DNA of 64,000 nt from an uncultured Gammaproteobacteria bacterium (GCA_963749775.1 CAVVPB010000003.1:402004-466003), one strand, 5' to 3'. Counted from the first letter of the stretch, positions 17,493-27,188 are shown. Translations and numbers: made by a program. Notes: generated from the letters alone by a model not told the origin.

Positions 17493-20400
17493 GCACGGCT
17501 GATCAGCGCGGGAAGACGACTCGCGGGATTCGCCGCACTCTCATACGCGTAGGCCAATTGCAGGCAGCTGAAATCCTGGCGATTGGGACCGATGATCTGA
17601 ATTCCGATGGGCAGCCCATGATCGCTGAATCCCGCCGGCGCGGCGAGCGCCGGGCATCCTGACATGGTGACCAGAAGCGTGGCCTTCATCCATTCGTGGT
17701 AGGTCTGCATTTCGCGGCCCGCGATCTCCCGCGGCCAATGCAGTTCGGCGTCGAAGGGGAAGACCTGCGCCGTCGGCACGACGAAGAAATCATACCGCTC
17801 GAAGAATCGACGTACGGCCGAAGACCATTCGGTGCGCACGACCGAAGCGCTGGTAATGTCGTAGGCCGACTGCCGAAGACCCGTCTCCACTTCATATACT
17901 GCCTCGGGCTTGAGCAAGGCGCGTTTGGCAGGATCATTGTAGTAGGCCAGCAAGGAGGCACCTTGTTGCCAGCCGCGAAGGCGTATCGCCGCTTGCCATA
18001 CCGCTTCCAGGTCAAAATCCGGTACCGCCTCATCGACGCTGCAACCGAGGGACTCGAACGCTTTTAACGCTTGCCGGCAGACCTTAAGGACTTCCGGTTC
18101 GCACGGCGTGTGACCCTGGAAATCGGCGCACCAGGCTATGCGCGTACCCTTGAAGTTCCTGTCCAGACGCCGCTGAAAAAGTGATCCATCCCCGTCCAGA
18201 GACAGCGGTGCGCGCGCATCGAAGCCCGTTTGCACCGAGAGCAGCATGGCGAGGTCTGCGACGTTTCTGGCCATCGGGCCGGTAACGCTCATCGAGGGCA
18301 GCCACGCGTCGCGCGCGTCGTTGGGGATGCGTCCAATGCTGGTACGAAAGCCGAAAACATTATTCCATCCGGCGGGGTTGCGCAGACTCCCGCCGTAATC
18401 AGAACCGTCCGCGACCGGCAGCATACGAAGCGCAAGCGCCACGGCCGCGCCGCCGCTGCTGCCGCCAGCCGATCGCGCGGTGTCGTAGGCATTGCGAGTG
18501 ATGCCATAGACAGGATTGTACGTATGCGAGCCCAGGCCGAACTCTGGCGAGTTGGTTTTACCGATAAATATGGCGCCTGCGGCGCGCAATCGCCCCACCA
18601 TCAACCCGTCCGAGGAGGGCACGAAATCCTTCAGGATTGGTGATCCCATCGTGGTTCGAATGCCCTTGACCGCTTGCAAGTCCTTCACAGCATGCGGAAA
18701 GCCGTGCAGTGGTCCCATCGATTCGCCGCGTGCCAGCTGATTGTCGCGCTCACGCGCGAGCTCCAGCAGAGCGCCGCGGTCCTGAAGCGCGACGATCGCG
18801 TTGACTTTCGAATTGAGCCGTTCGATATGGTCTAAGTACGCGCTCATCACTTCGGTGCATGACACCTTGCGCGAATGGATTTCCTTGGCGAGAGACGTCG
18901 CGTCCATCAGCACGAGTTCATTCGTCCGGTGCGGGGCGCCGGTCTGTCCAGAAGCCGAATAGGCGGCCGCGCCGACGGATGCGCCGGCCGCCAGGGTCAG
19001 CACCGCTCGACGGCTCAAGGCGGTTTTGTTTGATTTTTCATCCGCGTCAGTCATGTGCGATACCTTGTCCAATGCCATCTTAAATGTCGTCACTCGCTCT
19101 GCACCTGCAAAATTACTCCACGCTTTGGCGAGGAACACGCCGGGTTGTTCGCGAAGATCGCAGAGGATGAGTTGCGTGCCGTTGCCGCGAGCTTGGCGTA
19201 CAAATGCTTCCAACGCACTCGCGCCACTGGAATCGATGTAGGGCACGTGCTCCATGCGCAGAATGATGATCTTTGGTGTGCGGCCTGATCGATGTAGCAC
19301 GTCGAGCATTTCACGAGCGACGCCGAAGAACATCGGTCCGGCGAACCGGAATACTTCCACGCCTTTTGGAAGTGAAGCGCGTTGCGCCGGATCATCGATG
19401 CTGAATTCTTCGGGCAACAGCCCTGCTGTTTCGCTCATGCGGGTCATAAACAAGAGCGATGCCAGCGTAACACCGACGCCAATGGCGACGGTCAGGTCAA
19501 CGAGCACGGTGAGGCCGAAAGTCAGCAACAATAAGGCGCGCTCTCCGGCATCCATCCGCAACAAGCTTCTGAAGCGATCTATTTCACTCATGCCCCAGGC
19601 GACGATGAGTAGAATCGCGGCCAGCGCGGCCATCGGCACTCGCGCGATGAACTTGCCGGCGACCAGCAAGAAGATCAACAGAAATATCGAGTGGAATATC
19701 CCCGCCAACGGCGTCCGTGCGCCAGCTCGGATATTGGTGGCAGTTCTCGCGATGGCGCCAGTTGCGGGTAGGCCGCCGAACAGCGCCGAGGCGATATTCG
19801 CAACACCTTGCCCCACGAGCTCCTGCCCGGAGCGGTGGTGGTAGCCGGTCATGCCGTCTGCGACCGTGGCCGATAGCAATGCTTCGAGGCCGGCCAGAAA
19901 AGCGATGGTCAGTGCGGACGGCAAGAGATGCTGTATCAATGCCAATGATGCTTCAGGCATGTGGGGTGCCGGAATGCCGGTCGGCATGGAGGGGAAGCGC
20001 TCGCCCACCGTGGCGACCGGCAGGTGCAGCAGGGCGACCGCCAAGGAGGCAACGAGGAGCGCGATCAGGAACGCCGGCAGCTGCGGTGCGAAACGCCTCA
20101 GCAATATCACCATGGCCAGAGTCGCGCTGCCAACGGCCAGCGTGTACGGGCTGATCGTATTGAGCGCACCGAAGTACACCGCCCACTTGGCGATGAACTC
20201 CGCCGGCACCTTGCCGGTTGCGAGTCCAAGAAAATCAGCTATTTGACTTGATGCAATGACCACCGCGATCCCCGCGGTGAATCCCGTGACCACCGGCATC
20301 GGAACGAAGCGTATCAGGCGGCCGAGACCTGCATAGCCGGCGGCGATCAGAATGATGCCGGCAAGCAAGGTGGCCAATACCAGGCCGGCGTAGCCGTGCG

Positions 20401-20713
20401 CCGCGATGATGCCTGCGACAATCACGACAAACGCGCCGGTGGGTCCACCGATCTGCACCCGGGAGCCGCCCAGCAGTGAGATCAAGAATCCCGCGATCAC
20501 TGCGGTGACCAAACCCTGATTGGGCGATGCGCCACTGGCGATGCCGAGCGCCATGGCAAGCGGCAGCGCCACGATGGCGACCGTCAGCCCGGCAAGCGCA
20601 TCTTTACGCCAGAGCTTGCCAAGCTGTCCTTCGCGCCAAACGATGATGAGCTTGGGGGTAAAGGACGACCAAAATGCGGAGGAACGCGCCTTTGCGGCGA
20701 TGAGATCAGTCAC
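17489..20713 (-). CDS. Single 1074-aa ORF: SulP-family anion permease with STAS domain (20713-19055) joined in frame to a Tat-signal amidase-signature enzyme (19054-17489)
   Basis: SulP part: ..DALAGLTVAIVALPLAMALGIASG.., many TM segments, then the STAS domain ..FRFAGPMFFGVAREML..YIDSSGASALEAF..TFKMALDKVSH. It is followed immediately by MTDADEKSNKTALSRRAVLTLAAGASVGAAAYSA (twin-arginine signal). The amidase part has HAVKDL and GGSSGGAAVALA..DYGGSLRNPA. No stop codon lies between the two parts. Confidence 0.85.
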   Translation of the reverse strand: MTDLIAAKARSSAFWSSFTPKLIIVWREGQLGKLWRKDALAGLTVAIVALPLAMALGIASGASPNQGLVTAVIAGFLISLLGGSRVQIGGPTGAFVVIVAGIIAAHGYAGLVLATLLAGIILIAAGYAGLGRLIRFVPMPVVTGFTAGIAVVIASSQIADFLGLATGKVPAEFIAKWAVYFGALNTISPYTLAVGSATLAMVILLRRFAPQLPAFLIALLVASLAVALLHLPVATVGERFPSMPTGIPAPHMPEASLALIQHLLPSALTIAFLAGLEALLSATVADGMTGYHHRSGQELVGQGVANIASALFGGLPATGAIARTATNIRAGARTPLAGIFHSIFLLIFLLVAGKFIARVPMAALAAILLIVAWGMSEIDRFRSLLRMDAGERALLLLTFGLTVLVDLTVAIGVGVTLASLLFMTRMSETAGLLPEEFSIDDPAQRASLPKGVEVFRFAGPMFFGVAREMLDVLHRSGRTPKIIILRMEHVPYIDSSGASALEAFVRQARGNGTQLILCDLREQPGVFLAKAWSNFAGAERVTTFKMALDKVSHMTDADEKSNKTALSRRAVLTLAAGASVGAAAYSASGQTGAPHRTNELVLMDATSLAKEIHSRKVSCTEVMSAYLDHIERLNSKVNAIVALQDRGALLELARERDNQLARGESMGPLHGFPHAVKDLQAVKGIRTTMGSPILKDFVPSSDGLMVGRLRAAGAIFIGKTNSPEFGLGSHTYNPVYGITRNAYDTARSAGGSSGGAAVALALRMLPVADGSDYGGSLRNPAGWNNVFGFRTSIGRIPNDARDAWLPSMSVTGPMARNVADLAMLLSVQTGFDARAPLSLDGDGSLFQRRLDRNFKGTRIAWCADFQGHTPCEPEVLKVCRQALKAFESLGCSVDEAVPDFDLEAVWQAAIRLRGWQQGASLLAYYNDPAKRALLKPEAVYEVETGLRQSAYDITSASVVRTEWSSAVRRFFERYDFFVVPTAQVFPFDAELHWPREIAGREMQTYHEWMKATLLVTMSGCPALAAPAGFSDHGLPIGIQIIGPNRQDFSCLQLAYAYESAANPASRLPALISRA

Positions 20714-21042
20714 AGGTCTGCGGCAAGTGTTGGCTCGATTCCCATACCGGACTCTTAGGGTGCCGTTTCTATTGCGTCATGATCGCATGGAATTGCAGTA
20801 CTTTCGCGAAAAAAGCTGGCGGCCCGCGAAGCGGCGGTTTCCCATGCGTCGCCTCATAAAGACGACGTCAACCGGAAGATTGTTGGTTTTGAGAGCTCGA
20901 TTAAGCTTTTCTTATGGCGACTAGCGCCCGAACGCCCGACAGCAGCGCAACTGTGAGTCGAATGGCCTCGATGCTGGCTGCAGTCACCGACCTCACCACT
21001 CCTGGCAAGCGGCTATGCAGCCATCACCCCTCGACGCCTCTG

Positions 21043-21513
21043 TCAGTGCGGCGGCAGCCCTTGCCCCCCAGTGGTGGCACCCGGAGCGCCGTAAATCGAG
21101 AAGCGGTTCTCCGAGACCCAGAAGGTCACGGGATCCCCCACCTTCAGCTCGGAAAACTTCTCCTGCTGCCCGTTGACGAGCAGTATCGCGTCGGGGTTTG
21201 GTTTGAAGCTGATCGTATCGAGCGCATCACCGCGGACATTGAAGACTTGTAAAACGAGGTACGCAGGATCGGTCAGGTAGACCTTACCTTTGAACTTCGC
21301 ATATTTCACGCCCTTGTATACGCGGGCCTCCTGACAGGCGGCGGGGGCCTTCGGGTACTTATCGAGGAAATCATGACTGAATGTGAGACTGGTGCAGTTA
21401 ACCTTGGGCAATTTCTCGGGATCAGGCATCTCCGACTGCGCGCGCGTGTACTGCGCACCGATTGCCAACGGCAGCGTAACTGCCAAACTAGCCAGCCACC
21501 GATTAATTTTCAT
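21043..21513 (-). CDS. Secreted hypothetical protein (156 aa)
   Basis: GAGGAG-N6-ATG at 21513. Signal peptide MKINRWLASLAVTLPLAIGAQY. The ORF-track extension to 21723 lacks an RBS. Confidence 0.6.
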   Translation of the reverse strand: MKINRWLASLAVTLPLAIGAQYTRAQSEMPDPEKLPKVNCTSLTFSHDFLDKYPKAPAACQEARVYKGVKYAKFKGKVYLTDPAYLVLQVFNVRGDALDTISFKPNPDAILLVNGQQEKFSELKVGDPVTFWVSENRFSIYGAPGATTGGQGLPPH

Positions 21514-21756
21514 TGGATGCTCCTCTTGAAGTGGGTCGCGATAGCTTCCATTGCCATCTCTGTTGCTTTGCAAAGCACGATGCATTGAGGCCACCCGCCT
21601 CTCCGTGCACGTTGCGGTATTGAACCGCTTTTGCGCCGCGCATAGATATAGGTCCAAGTACCTACGAATCCGCTGCCCATGAGAAGCGTCTATGTCGCAA
21701 TAGAAAAAAATGAGTGGTTTCAACTGTTTGAGGCCGGGGCAGCGATCATTTACTGG

Positions 21757-21768
21757 GGACCAAGGTCC
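21757..21768. promoter_or_regulatory. GGACCAAGGTCC box
   Basis: Lies in the 467-bp divergent region between 21513(-) and 21981(+). Weaker copies are GGTCCAAGTACC at 21651-21662 and GACCAAGGCC near 21930. Confidence 0.5.
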
Positions 21769-21980
21769 TATTCACGGCGACCCGAGTGTTGTTCATATTG
21801 ATTCTAAGATCGTTGCGAAGCGAGATTCGGTATCCCTTCCATGCTCACTTTACTATCGAGCTCGCGTGATAAACCGTTGCGGTTGGCGTTGGGAGAGGGC
21901 AGGCTGTCGCTCGCCGGTCGAGGCGGGTTTCGACCAAGGCCGCTGCTTGATCGAATCTCAAAGCACACTATGGCTACCCC

Positions 21981-22637
21981 GTGCGCACGCGCATCGCGGC
22001 TACTGTAGTCGGCGTTGCGGTATTTCTGGGAGGTTCGGCGTGGGCCGATACATCCCTCGAATTCTGGCCAGAACTCGACACCTGGGTCAGGCTTACGGAT
22101 CCGGCGCAGTTGTTGTTCATCGTCTCCGGCGATCGTGACGCGGATAGCGGCGATAAGACCGATGGCAAATTTGGCGTTTATCTCGACTACCGATCAAGCG
22201 ATCACATCTCGTTGCGCGCCGGTTATGTTCTTCAGCGCAACCTCGCCGAATCGCCCGGCGAGAAGGACACGCTCGAGAATCGGTTGGTGTTCGACTTTAA
22301 CTATCGTTGGCAGATCGGGGAGCATGGGCAACTCGCCGATCGCGTCAGGTTGGATCTTCGCGATATGGAGGGCGAGACCTCATACCGAATTCGGAATCGG
22401 CTAAGGTATGCGCAGGAGTTTAAGCTCACACAGGTCACGTTGATTCCCTATGCCAGTATTGAGGCGTACTACGACAGTCGGTTCGACACGATCAGCCGTT
22501 ATCGCACAGAGGTCGGTACAACCGTTCCATTCACGCGCAGGTTCGCGAGTGATTTCTACGTGGCCTGGCAACACGATACTCAACCGAAGGACCAGAAGAT
22601 CGCCGCTCTCGGCCTAACGTTGACCTTGAAGTTTTAG
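21981..22637 (+). CDS. Putative outer-membrane beta-barrel protein (DUF2490-like)
   Basis: GTG start. Signal peptide VRTRIAATVVGVAVFLGGSAWA. Alternating amphipathic strands. C-terminal ..LGLTLTLKF ends in Phe. Confidence 0.6.
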   Translation: MRTRIAATVVGVAVFLGGSAWADTSLEFWPELDTWVRLTDPAQLLFIVSGDRDADSGDKTDGKFGVYLDYRSSDHISLRAGYVLQRNLAESPGEKDTLENRLVFDFNYRWQIGEHGQLADRVRLDLRDMEGETSYRIRNRLRYAQEFKLTQVTLIPYASIEAYYDSRFDTISRYRTEVGTTVPFTRRFASDFYVAWQHDTQPKDQKIAALGLTLTLKF

Positions 22638-22657
22638 CGGCCGCTCGATCCGCGCGC

Positions 22658-23356
22658 TTACAAACTCAGGCCCAATTGCCACGGATCGCCGGGAAGTCGG
22701 GCATGACCTGGGTCGTTCTGCAGCGGAACCGAAATTGATTCAGCGCCGGAATCTTGAGCCCGCGAGAGCAGACCGACCAACGCCGCCGCCGACCTGACCT
22801 GCAGTTTTTCCATGGCCCGCCCGCGGTGCACCTTAATCGTCTTTTCCGCAGCGCCGAGTTGTCCAGCGATCTGCTTGTTGAGCATTCCTTTGGCCACGAG
22901 TTCAATCACCTGGCGTTCGCGCGGAGTGAGTCTTTCAATTCGTTCGACGATGGCATATCGCTTATGCTGAAGCGCACGCGCGAGCACATCCTTCGAAATG
23001 GCCTCACGCACACTCGTGAGGAGGTCCGCGGCGCGAACCGGCTTCGGCAAGAAGCTGATGGCGCCGGCCTTCATCGCCTGCACGCTCATCGGGATGCTTC
23101 CGTGGCCCGTGATAAAAATGATCGGCCGCTCAGACCCGGTGCTCACTAGAGCCCGGTGCAGATCGAGGCCGCTCATATCGGGCATCACGACATCCGTGAT
23201 GAGACAGCCGGGGGTCTCCGGATCGTGCTCAGCCAAAAATTCGCATGCCGAGGTCCAGGCATGCACCGCGAAGCCGCTCGCTTGCAGAAGCCGCTCGAGT
23301 GCGTGCAGTACCGACGGCTCATCGTCCAGCAGGAAGACAACGGAAGTTCTGTCCAT
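22658..23356 (-). CDS. FixJ/NarL-family response regulator (receiver + LuxR-type HTH)
   Basis: VVFLLDDEPSV, CLITDVVMPDMSG, IIFITGHG, FLPKP, then LTPRERQVIELVAKGMLNKQIAGQLGAAEKTIKVHRGRAMEKL. Confidence 0.9.
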   Translation of the reverse strand: MDRTSVVFLLDDEPSVLHALERLLQASGFAVHAWTSACEFLAEHDPETPGCLITDVVMPDMSGLDLHRALVSTGSERPIIFITGHGSIPMSVQAMKAGAISFLPKPVRAADLLTSVREAISKDVLARALQHKRYAIVERIERLTPRERQVIELVAKGMLNKQIAGQLGAAEKTIKVHRGRAMEKLQVRSAAALVGLLSRAQDSGAESISVPLQNDPGHARLPGDPWQLGLSL

Positions 23357-23471
23357 GTCAAATGACTCCCTTCAAACATCGGGGCCCTACACAGCACCCG
23401 ATCCGCATCTGGCTTTGTTCGTTGCTGACTATACATAACGGCTGTGACCGCCCGCAATCTCGAATTACACT

Positions 23472-23490
23472 GGTCCTAGGACCAAGGTCT
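23472..23490. promoter_or_regulatory. Two overlapping boxes, GGTCCTAGGACC and GGACCAAGGTCT
   Basis: 116 nt upstream of the FixJ/NarL-type regulator start (23356, minus strand). This is the only place in the window where two boxes overlap. Confidence 0.55.
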
Positions 23491-23648
23491 TATAGACAAG
23501 CGCTTCATTGCGCGTTTGTGGGCGCAAACATCGAGATTTGAGGATAGAAAGTGCAGCCAGTGCGGCCTGCGTTTGAGTATGCATCTACGGTGCCAACGTA
23601 GATAGCCGCTCGCGGGAGAAAATTCACCGATTAGGGCTGACCCGGCGT

Positions 23649-24104
23649 CTAGGTTAGGCGCAGCAACACGGCGCTAAACGCCACCAGTCCGATCACTGCA
23701 ACGACAATCGTGATCACGAGAGTCGGGGTCTGCTCCGCGACGGGTGCCATGTGACCCGTGGCGCTAATCCCTGCGAGCGCGCGGTAGGGCTCCTGCCACA
23801 GATAGCGCACTACACGCCGGAATTGAATGCCCGAGATGATCAGCGTGAGCACGCCGGCACCGATTAAGCTCAGACCGAGATACCGCGGCGTCTCCGGCCG
23901 GTATGCGGGCGCCACCCCCGCCGTGGTATTCAAATGCTGAAAGAATTGAACGATCGTGAACCCGAATCCGATCATGGACACGCCGGTGCGAAGCCAGGCC
24001 ATCATGGTGCGCTCGACGGCCAGCCGCGTTCGAATCCAGCCGAAATGGCTGTCTGATGTCATGCGCACTTCGAAACGATCCGATTGCGTTTGGGCCATGT
24101 GCAT
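23649..24104 (-). CDS. DUF202 (YidH-like) membrane protein
   Basis: ..FGWIRTRLAVERTMMAWLRTGVSMIGFGFTIVQFF.. plus two further TM segments. Confidence 0.7.
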   Translation of the reverse strand: MHMAQTQSDRFEVRMTSDSHFGWIRTRLAVERTMMAWLRTGVSMIGFGFTIVQFFQHLNTTAGVAPAYRPETPRYLGLSLIGAGVLTLIISGIQFRRVVRYLWQEPYRALAGISATGHMAPVAEQTPTLVITIVVAVIGLVAFSAVLLRLT

Positions 24105-24167
24105 TCTCCCTGTTTAGACCGCTCGGGTTCCCATCGAAACCTATGTCAAGCCAGTAATTGCCGCATC

Positions 24168-24179
24168 AGACCTTGGTCC
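24168..24179. promoter_or_regulatory. AGACCTTGGTCC box
   Basis: 64 nt upstream of the DUF202 gene (-) and 97 nt upstream of the BASS gene (+). Context CATCAGACCTTGGTCCGATTCC. Confidence 0.5.
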
Positions 24180-24275
24180 GATTCCGGTTGCGCGCGCTCT
24201 AATCCATGCTGCTCGCATGCCTATCTTCGGGTAGGAAGCGCAACACGCCGCGAAATACACAGCAGAGGATTGGGT

Positions 24276-25160
24276 ATGAACGCCGTCAAATGGCTGTCAC
24301 TCGCGCTGCAGTTCAGCATCATGCTCATGGTGCTGGGATTCGGGTTGACGGCGACGTGGCATGAGGCCACCTACCTGCTGCGTACCCCCAAGCTGCTCGC
24401 GCGCACCGTGGTGTCGATGAACATCATCATGCCCGTCATTGCCGCCGTGCTGGCATCGATCTTTCCGCTGCCGCTCGAAGTGAAGGCGGCGTTGGTGGCC
24501 TTGGCCCTCTCACCCGTACCGCCGATGATCCAAAAGAGTCAGCTGACGGCCGGTGGTCGACGGGAATATGTGGTCGGATTGATGGTGGCCATGTCGTTGG
24601 TCGCGATCATACTGGTGCCGCTGGCAGTGCTGATTTTTAATCGTGTATTGGGATCCGCGGCCGTGGTCACTCCGCTGACGGTGGCGAAGATCATGCTGAA
24701 GACCGTGTTCGCGCCGTTGTTCGTCGGCCTGCTGATCCGACAATGGTTCCCGGCGGCCGAAAAGGCGTCCGGCGCGATTCTCGCCGTAGCCGGCATTTTG
24801 CTCGTCCTCGGAGTTGCGCTGCTGTTGATCGGGCTATGGCCGGTTACCCGCTCCTACTTGGGTAACGGCGTGGTGCTAATGCTCACGGTGCTCGCGGCCA
24901 TTGGTCTTGGCGTTGGACATCTCATGGGAGGTCCTTTGCCGGGCGATCGAACGGTCCTGGCGATATCAACCTCTTCGCGGCATCCCGCCGTGGCTCTGGC
25001 GATTGCAACCTCCGGTCCGCTCACCGAGGATCTGGTCAAACAGGAGCTTGCGGTCATTTTGCTCTATGTTCTGGCCGCGATGATTCTCGCCATCCCTTAC
25101 AAAAAATGGCGCGCACGCACGGCCGGCGCGCCGCTCCGGGATGCGAGCAACAAAGCGTGA
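24276..25160 (+). CDS. Bile acid:sodium symporter (BASS/SBF-like) family transporter
   Basis: GAGGA-N7-ATG at 24276. Polytopic MNAVKWLSLALQFSIMLMVLGFGL.... The ORF-track extension back to 24084 is non-membrane Arg/Ser-rich sequence. Confidence 0.65.
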   Translation: MNAVKWLSLALQFSIMLMVLGFGLTATWHEATYLLRTPKLLARTVVSMNIIMPVIAAVLASIFPLPLEVKAALVALALSPVPPMIQKSQLTAGGRREYVVGLMVAMSLVAIILVPLAVLIFNRVLGSAAVVTPLTVAKIMLKTVFAPLFVGLLIRQWFPAAEKASGAILAVAGILLVLGVALLLIGLWPVTRSYLGNGVVLMLTVLAAIGLGVGHLMGGPLPGDRTVLAISTSSRHPAVALAIATSGPLTEDLVKQELAVILLYVLAAMILAIPYKKWRARTAGAPLRDASNKA

Positions 25161-26125
25161 ACGCCAACAGCGCGCCGGGCGGCGCCGAGTCCGATCTGTC
25201 GCACGACATGGTGCGAATCCGCGGCGGCACGTTTCGAATGGGGTCCGACAGCCACTATCCAGAGGAGGCTCCGGCACACAATGTACGCGTGCACGGATTT
25301 TGGATCGATCGGTGTGCCGCTACCAACGCGGACTTTAAGCGTTTCGTTGACGCGACCCGATATGTCACGCTGGCCGAGCGGCCCGCGAATGCCGCGGATT
25401 ATCCGGACGCGAAGCCCGAACTGCTGGTGCCGTCATCAGTGATGTTTAAAAAGGCCGACGGGCCGATCGATCTGCACAATCATTACAACTGGTGGACGTA
25501 CGTGGCCGGCGCCGACTGGCGGCATCCGCGTGGACCGCAGAGTTCATTGCAAGACCTGTGGGACCACCCCGTCGTGCACGTCGCCTTCGAAGACGCTGAA
25601 GCCTATGCGCACTGGGCCGGCAAGTCGTTGCCCACCGAAGCGGAGTGGGAGTTCGCGGCGCGCGGCGGCTTGGAGGCGGCCGAATATGCGTGGGGTGGGG
25701 AGATGATGCCGGGCGGCAAGGCGATGAGCAACACCTGGCAGGGCGAGTTCCCCTGGCAGAATTTGCTGGAGGACGGCTATGAATGGACGGCGCCGGTGGG
25801 CTCCTTCCCGCCCAATGGCTATGGCCTGCATGAGATGACCGGTAATGTTTGGGAATGGACGACCGACTGGTACCAGGATCACGGCAAGATTCAAAAGGCC
25901 TGCTGCACGCTGGAAAATCCACGCGGCGGGGTGCGCGAAAATAGCTACGATCCGCGCAATCCTGCGGTGCGCATTCCACGCAAGGTCATGAAGGGCGGCT
26001 CATACCTGTGCGCACCGAATTATTGCCGGCGCTACCGACCGGCCGCGCGAATGCCGCAGCCCGTCGACACCTCGACCTGCCACTTGGGTTTCCGCTGCGT
26101 CAGCCACGCCCCTGCAGAACGCTGA
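25157..26125 (+). CDS. Formylglycine-generating-enzyme (SUMF1/FGE) family protein
   Basis: MVRIRGGTFRMGSD..EAPAHNVRVHGFWIDRCAATNADF..HPVVHVAFEDAEAYAHWAGKSLPTEAEWEFAARGG..GNVWEWT..RKVMKGGSYLC. GTG 25157 overlaps the BASS stop (GTGA). ATG 25208 is an alternative start. Confidence 0.8.
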   Translation: MNANSAPGGAESDLSHDMVRIRGGTFRMGSDSHYPEEAPAHNVRVHGFWIDRCAATNADFKRFVDATRYVTLAERPANAADYPDAKPELLVPSSVMFKKADGPIDLHNHYNWWTYVAGADWRHPRGPQSSLQDLWDHPVVHVAFEDAEAYAHWAGKSLPTEAEWEFAARGGLEAAEYAWGGEMMPGGKAMSNTWQGEFPWQNLLEDGYEWTAPVGSFPPNGYGLHEMTGNVWEWTTDWYQDHGKIQKACCTLENPRGGVRENSYDPRNPAVRIPRKVMKGGSYLCAPNYCRRYRPAARMPQPVDTSTCHLGFRCVSHAPAER

Positions 26126-26140
26126 GCGGGGTGCCTAGGG

Positions 26141-26509
26141 GTGGAAATGCTGTTGCATACCATCGCCCAGGGCGTAGCGCTCGGGATCGAGGCGATCGCG
26201 ATTGCAGTGATCGCCATTGGCGCAATCGAGGCGGTTGCCGGCATCGCCCGCATGGTGGCGCGACCCGGTGAGACGAAACACGAGCGGCGTCATGTCTGGC
26301 TGGAATTCGCCCGCTGGCTGGTCGCGGGACTCACGTTTCAATTGGCAGCGGACATTGTCAATACATCATTCGCACCGACGTGGGATGAAATAAAGCGTCT
26401 CGGCGCGATCGCCGTGATCCGAACATTCTTGAGCTACTTCTTGGATCGGGAATTGGCCGATACGCGCGGTGTGCAGGAGGCTGACAAAGCAGCGGTAAGC
26501 CCGCCATGA
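26141..26509 (+). CDS. DUF1622 membrane protein
   Basis: ..GIEAIAIAVIAIGAIEAVAGI..RHVWLEFARWLVAGLTFQLAADIV..AIAVIRTFLSYFLDRE. Confidence 0.65.
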   Translation: MEMLLHTIAQGVALGIEAIAIAVIAIGAIEAVAGIARMVARPGETKHERRHVWLEFARWLVAGLTFQLAADIVNTSFAPTWDEIKRLGAIAVIRTFLSYFLDRELADTRGVQEADKAAVSPP

Positions 26510-26578
26510 CCCGTCTGACGATGTTGGCGCTAATGCTTGAGGTTAAAGCCAGAATAGGCGCGACCTTCGCCTAAACCT

Positions 26579-26618
26579 GCCATTCCCAACTCATCACTTA
26601 ACGATGAGTGGGAATGGC
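26579..26618. terminator. Strong hairpin between convergent genes (bidirectional terminator candidate)
   Basis: gccattcccaactcatc-acttaac-gatgagtgggaatggc. 16 of 17 bp pair, with one bulge. Lies between DUF1622 (+) and YHS (-). Confidence 0.6.
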
Positions 26619-26646
26619 ATTCGCGTTGAAGGATTTCGGGAACGGC

Positions 26647-27120
26647 TCAGCGGTTCAGCGCCAGTTTCGAGACTTCCTGCCATTGATCGGTTGCACGCGC
26701 GATGTTGCCGGGAACGTCTTTCTTCCAATTCTTGCGAGCATCGAGATCGCTGAACATGTAGAGCTTGCCATCAACGACCGCAAACACCCGCGGGTGCGCG
26801 CCAATCTTATGTCCCTGCGAGACGCCATAGGCACAAAAGCCGCCAAACTGCGGTGCGTAGCGCTCCGGGTCACTCACAAACGAATCCAGATGCGACCCTG
26901 TAATGAAGTAGAATTTTGAACCCTGGTAGGTGTAGCTGTGTTCCTTTACGCCTAGTACCGGATCAGGCGCGGGCGTGAAGTAGGAGAGCGCGTCGTAGCT
27001 TTTGAGGGCAACGCCGTTTTCCTCGAAAAAGTCTCCTGCCAATGCGTAAGTGGCCGTAAGGCTTAAAATCGCAAGCGAGGAAAGACGAAATATTGATCGG
27101 TAAGTCACGGTAGTCTCCAA
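26647..27120 (-). CDS. Periplasmic YHS-domain protein
   Basis: Signal peptide ..FRLSSLAILSLTATYALAG. ..YDALSYF..YTYQGSKFYF..ERYAPQFGGFCAYGVSQGHK..VVDGKLYMF. Start is TTG 27120 or the GTG four codons in. Confidence 0.75.
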   Translation of the reverse strand: METTVTYRSIFRLSSLAILSLTATYALAGDFFEENGVALKSYDALSYFTPAPDPVLGVKEHSYTYQGSKFYFITGSHLDSFVSDPERYAPQFGGFCAYGVSQGHKIGAHPRVFAVVDGKLYMFSDLDARKNWKKDVPGNIARATDQWQEVSKLALNR

Positions 27121-27188
27121 GTGGTCATGACAAAAATATGCAGAAGATCAGCAACCCGGCCCGCACCGGCGAATTTGCGTCAAACGCT

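Noticed and set aside
19040-19070. Hidden ATGA-type stop/start overlap at the SulP-amidase junction caused by a local indel
   Set aside because: The TGA of cacATGAct is in a frame that is already closed 13 codons upstream, and the third frame is closed as well. The listed frame still encodes a typical STAS C-terminus. A nearby indel cannot explain the missing stop, so the observation is kept as a finding.
21514-21723. N-terminal extension of ORF 21043-21723, and likewise 24084-24275 for the BASS gene
   Set aside because: Internal ATGs with strong RBSs give proper signal or TM N-termini. The extensions are Arg/Cys-rich and overlap promoter boxes.
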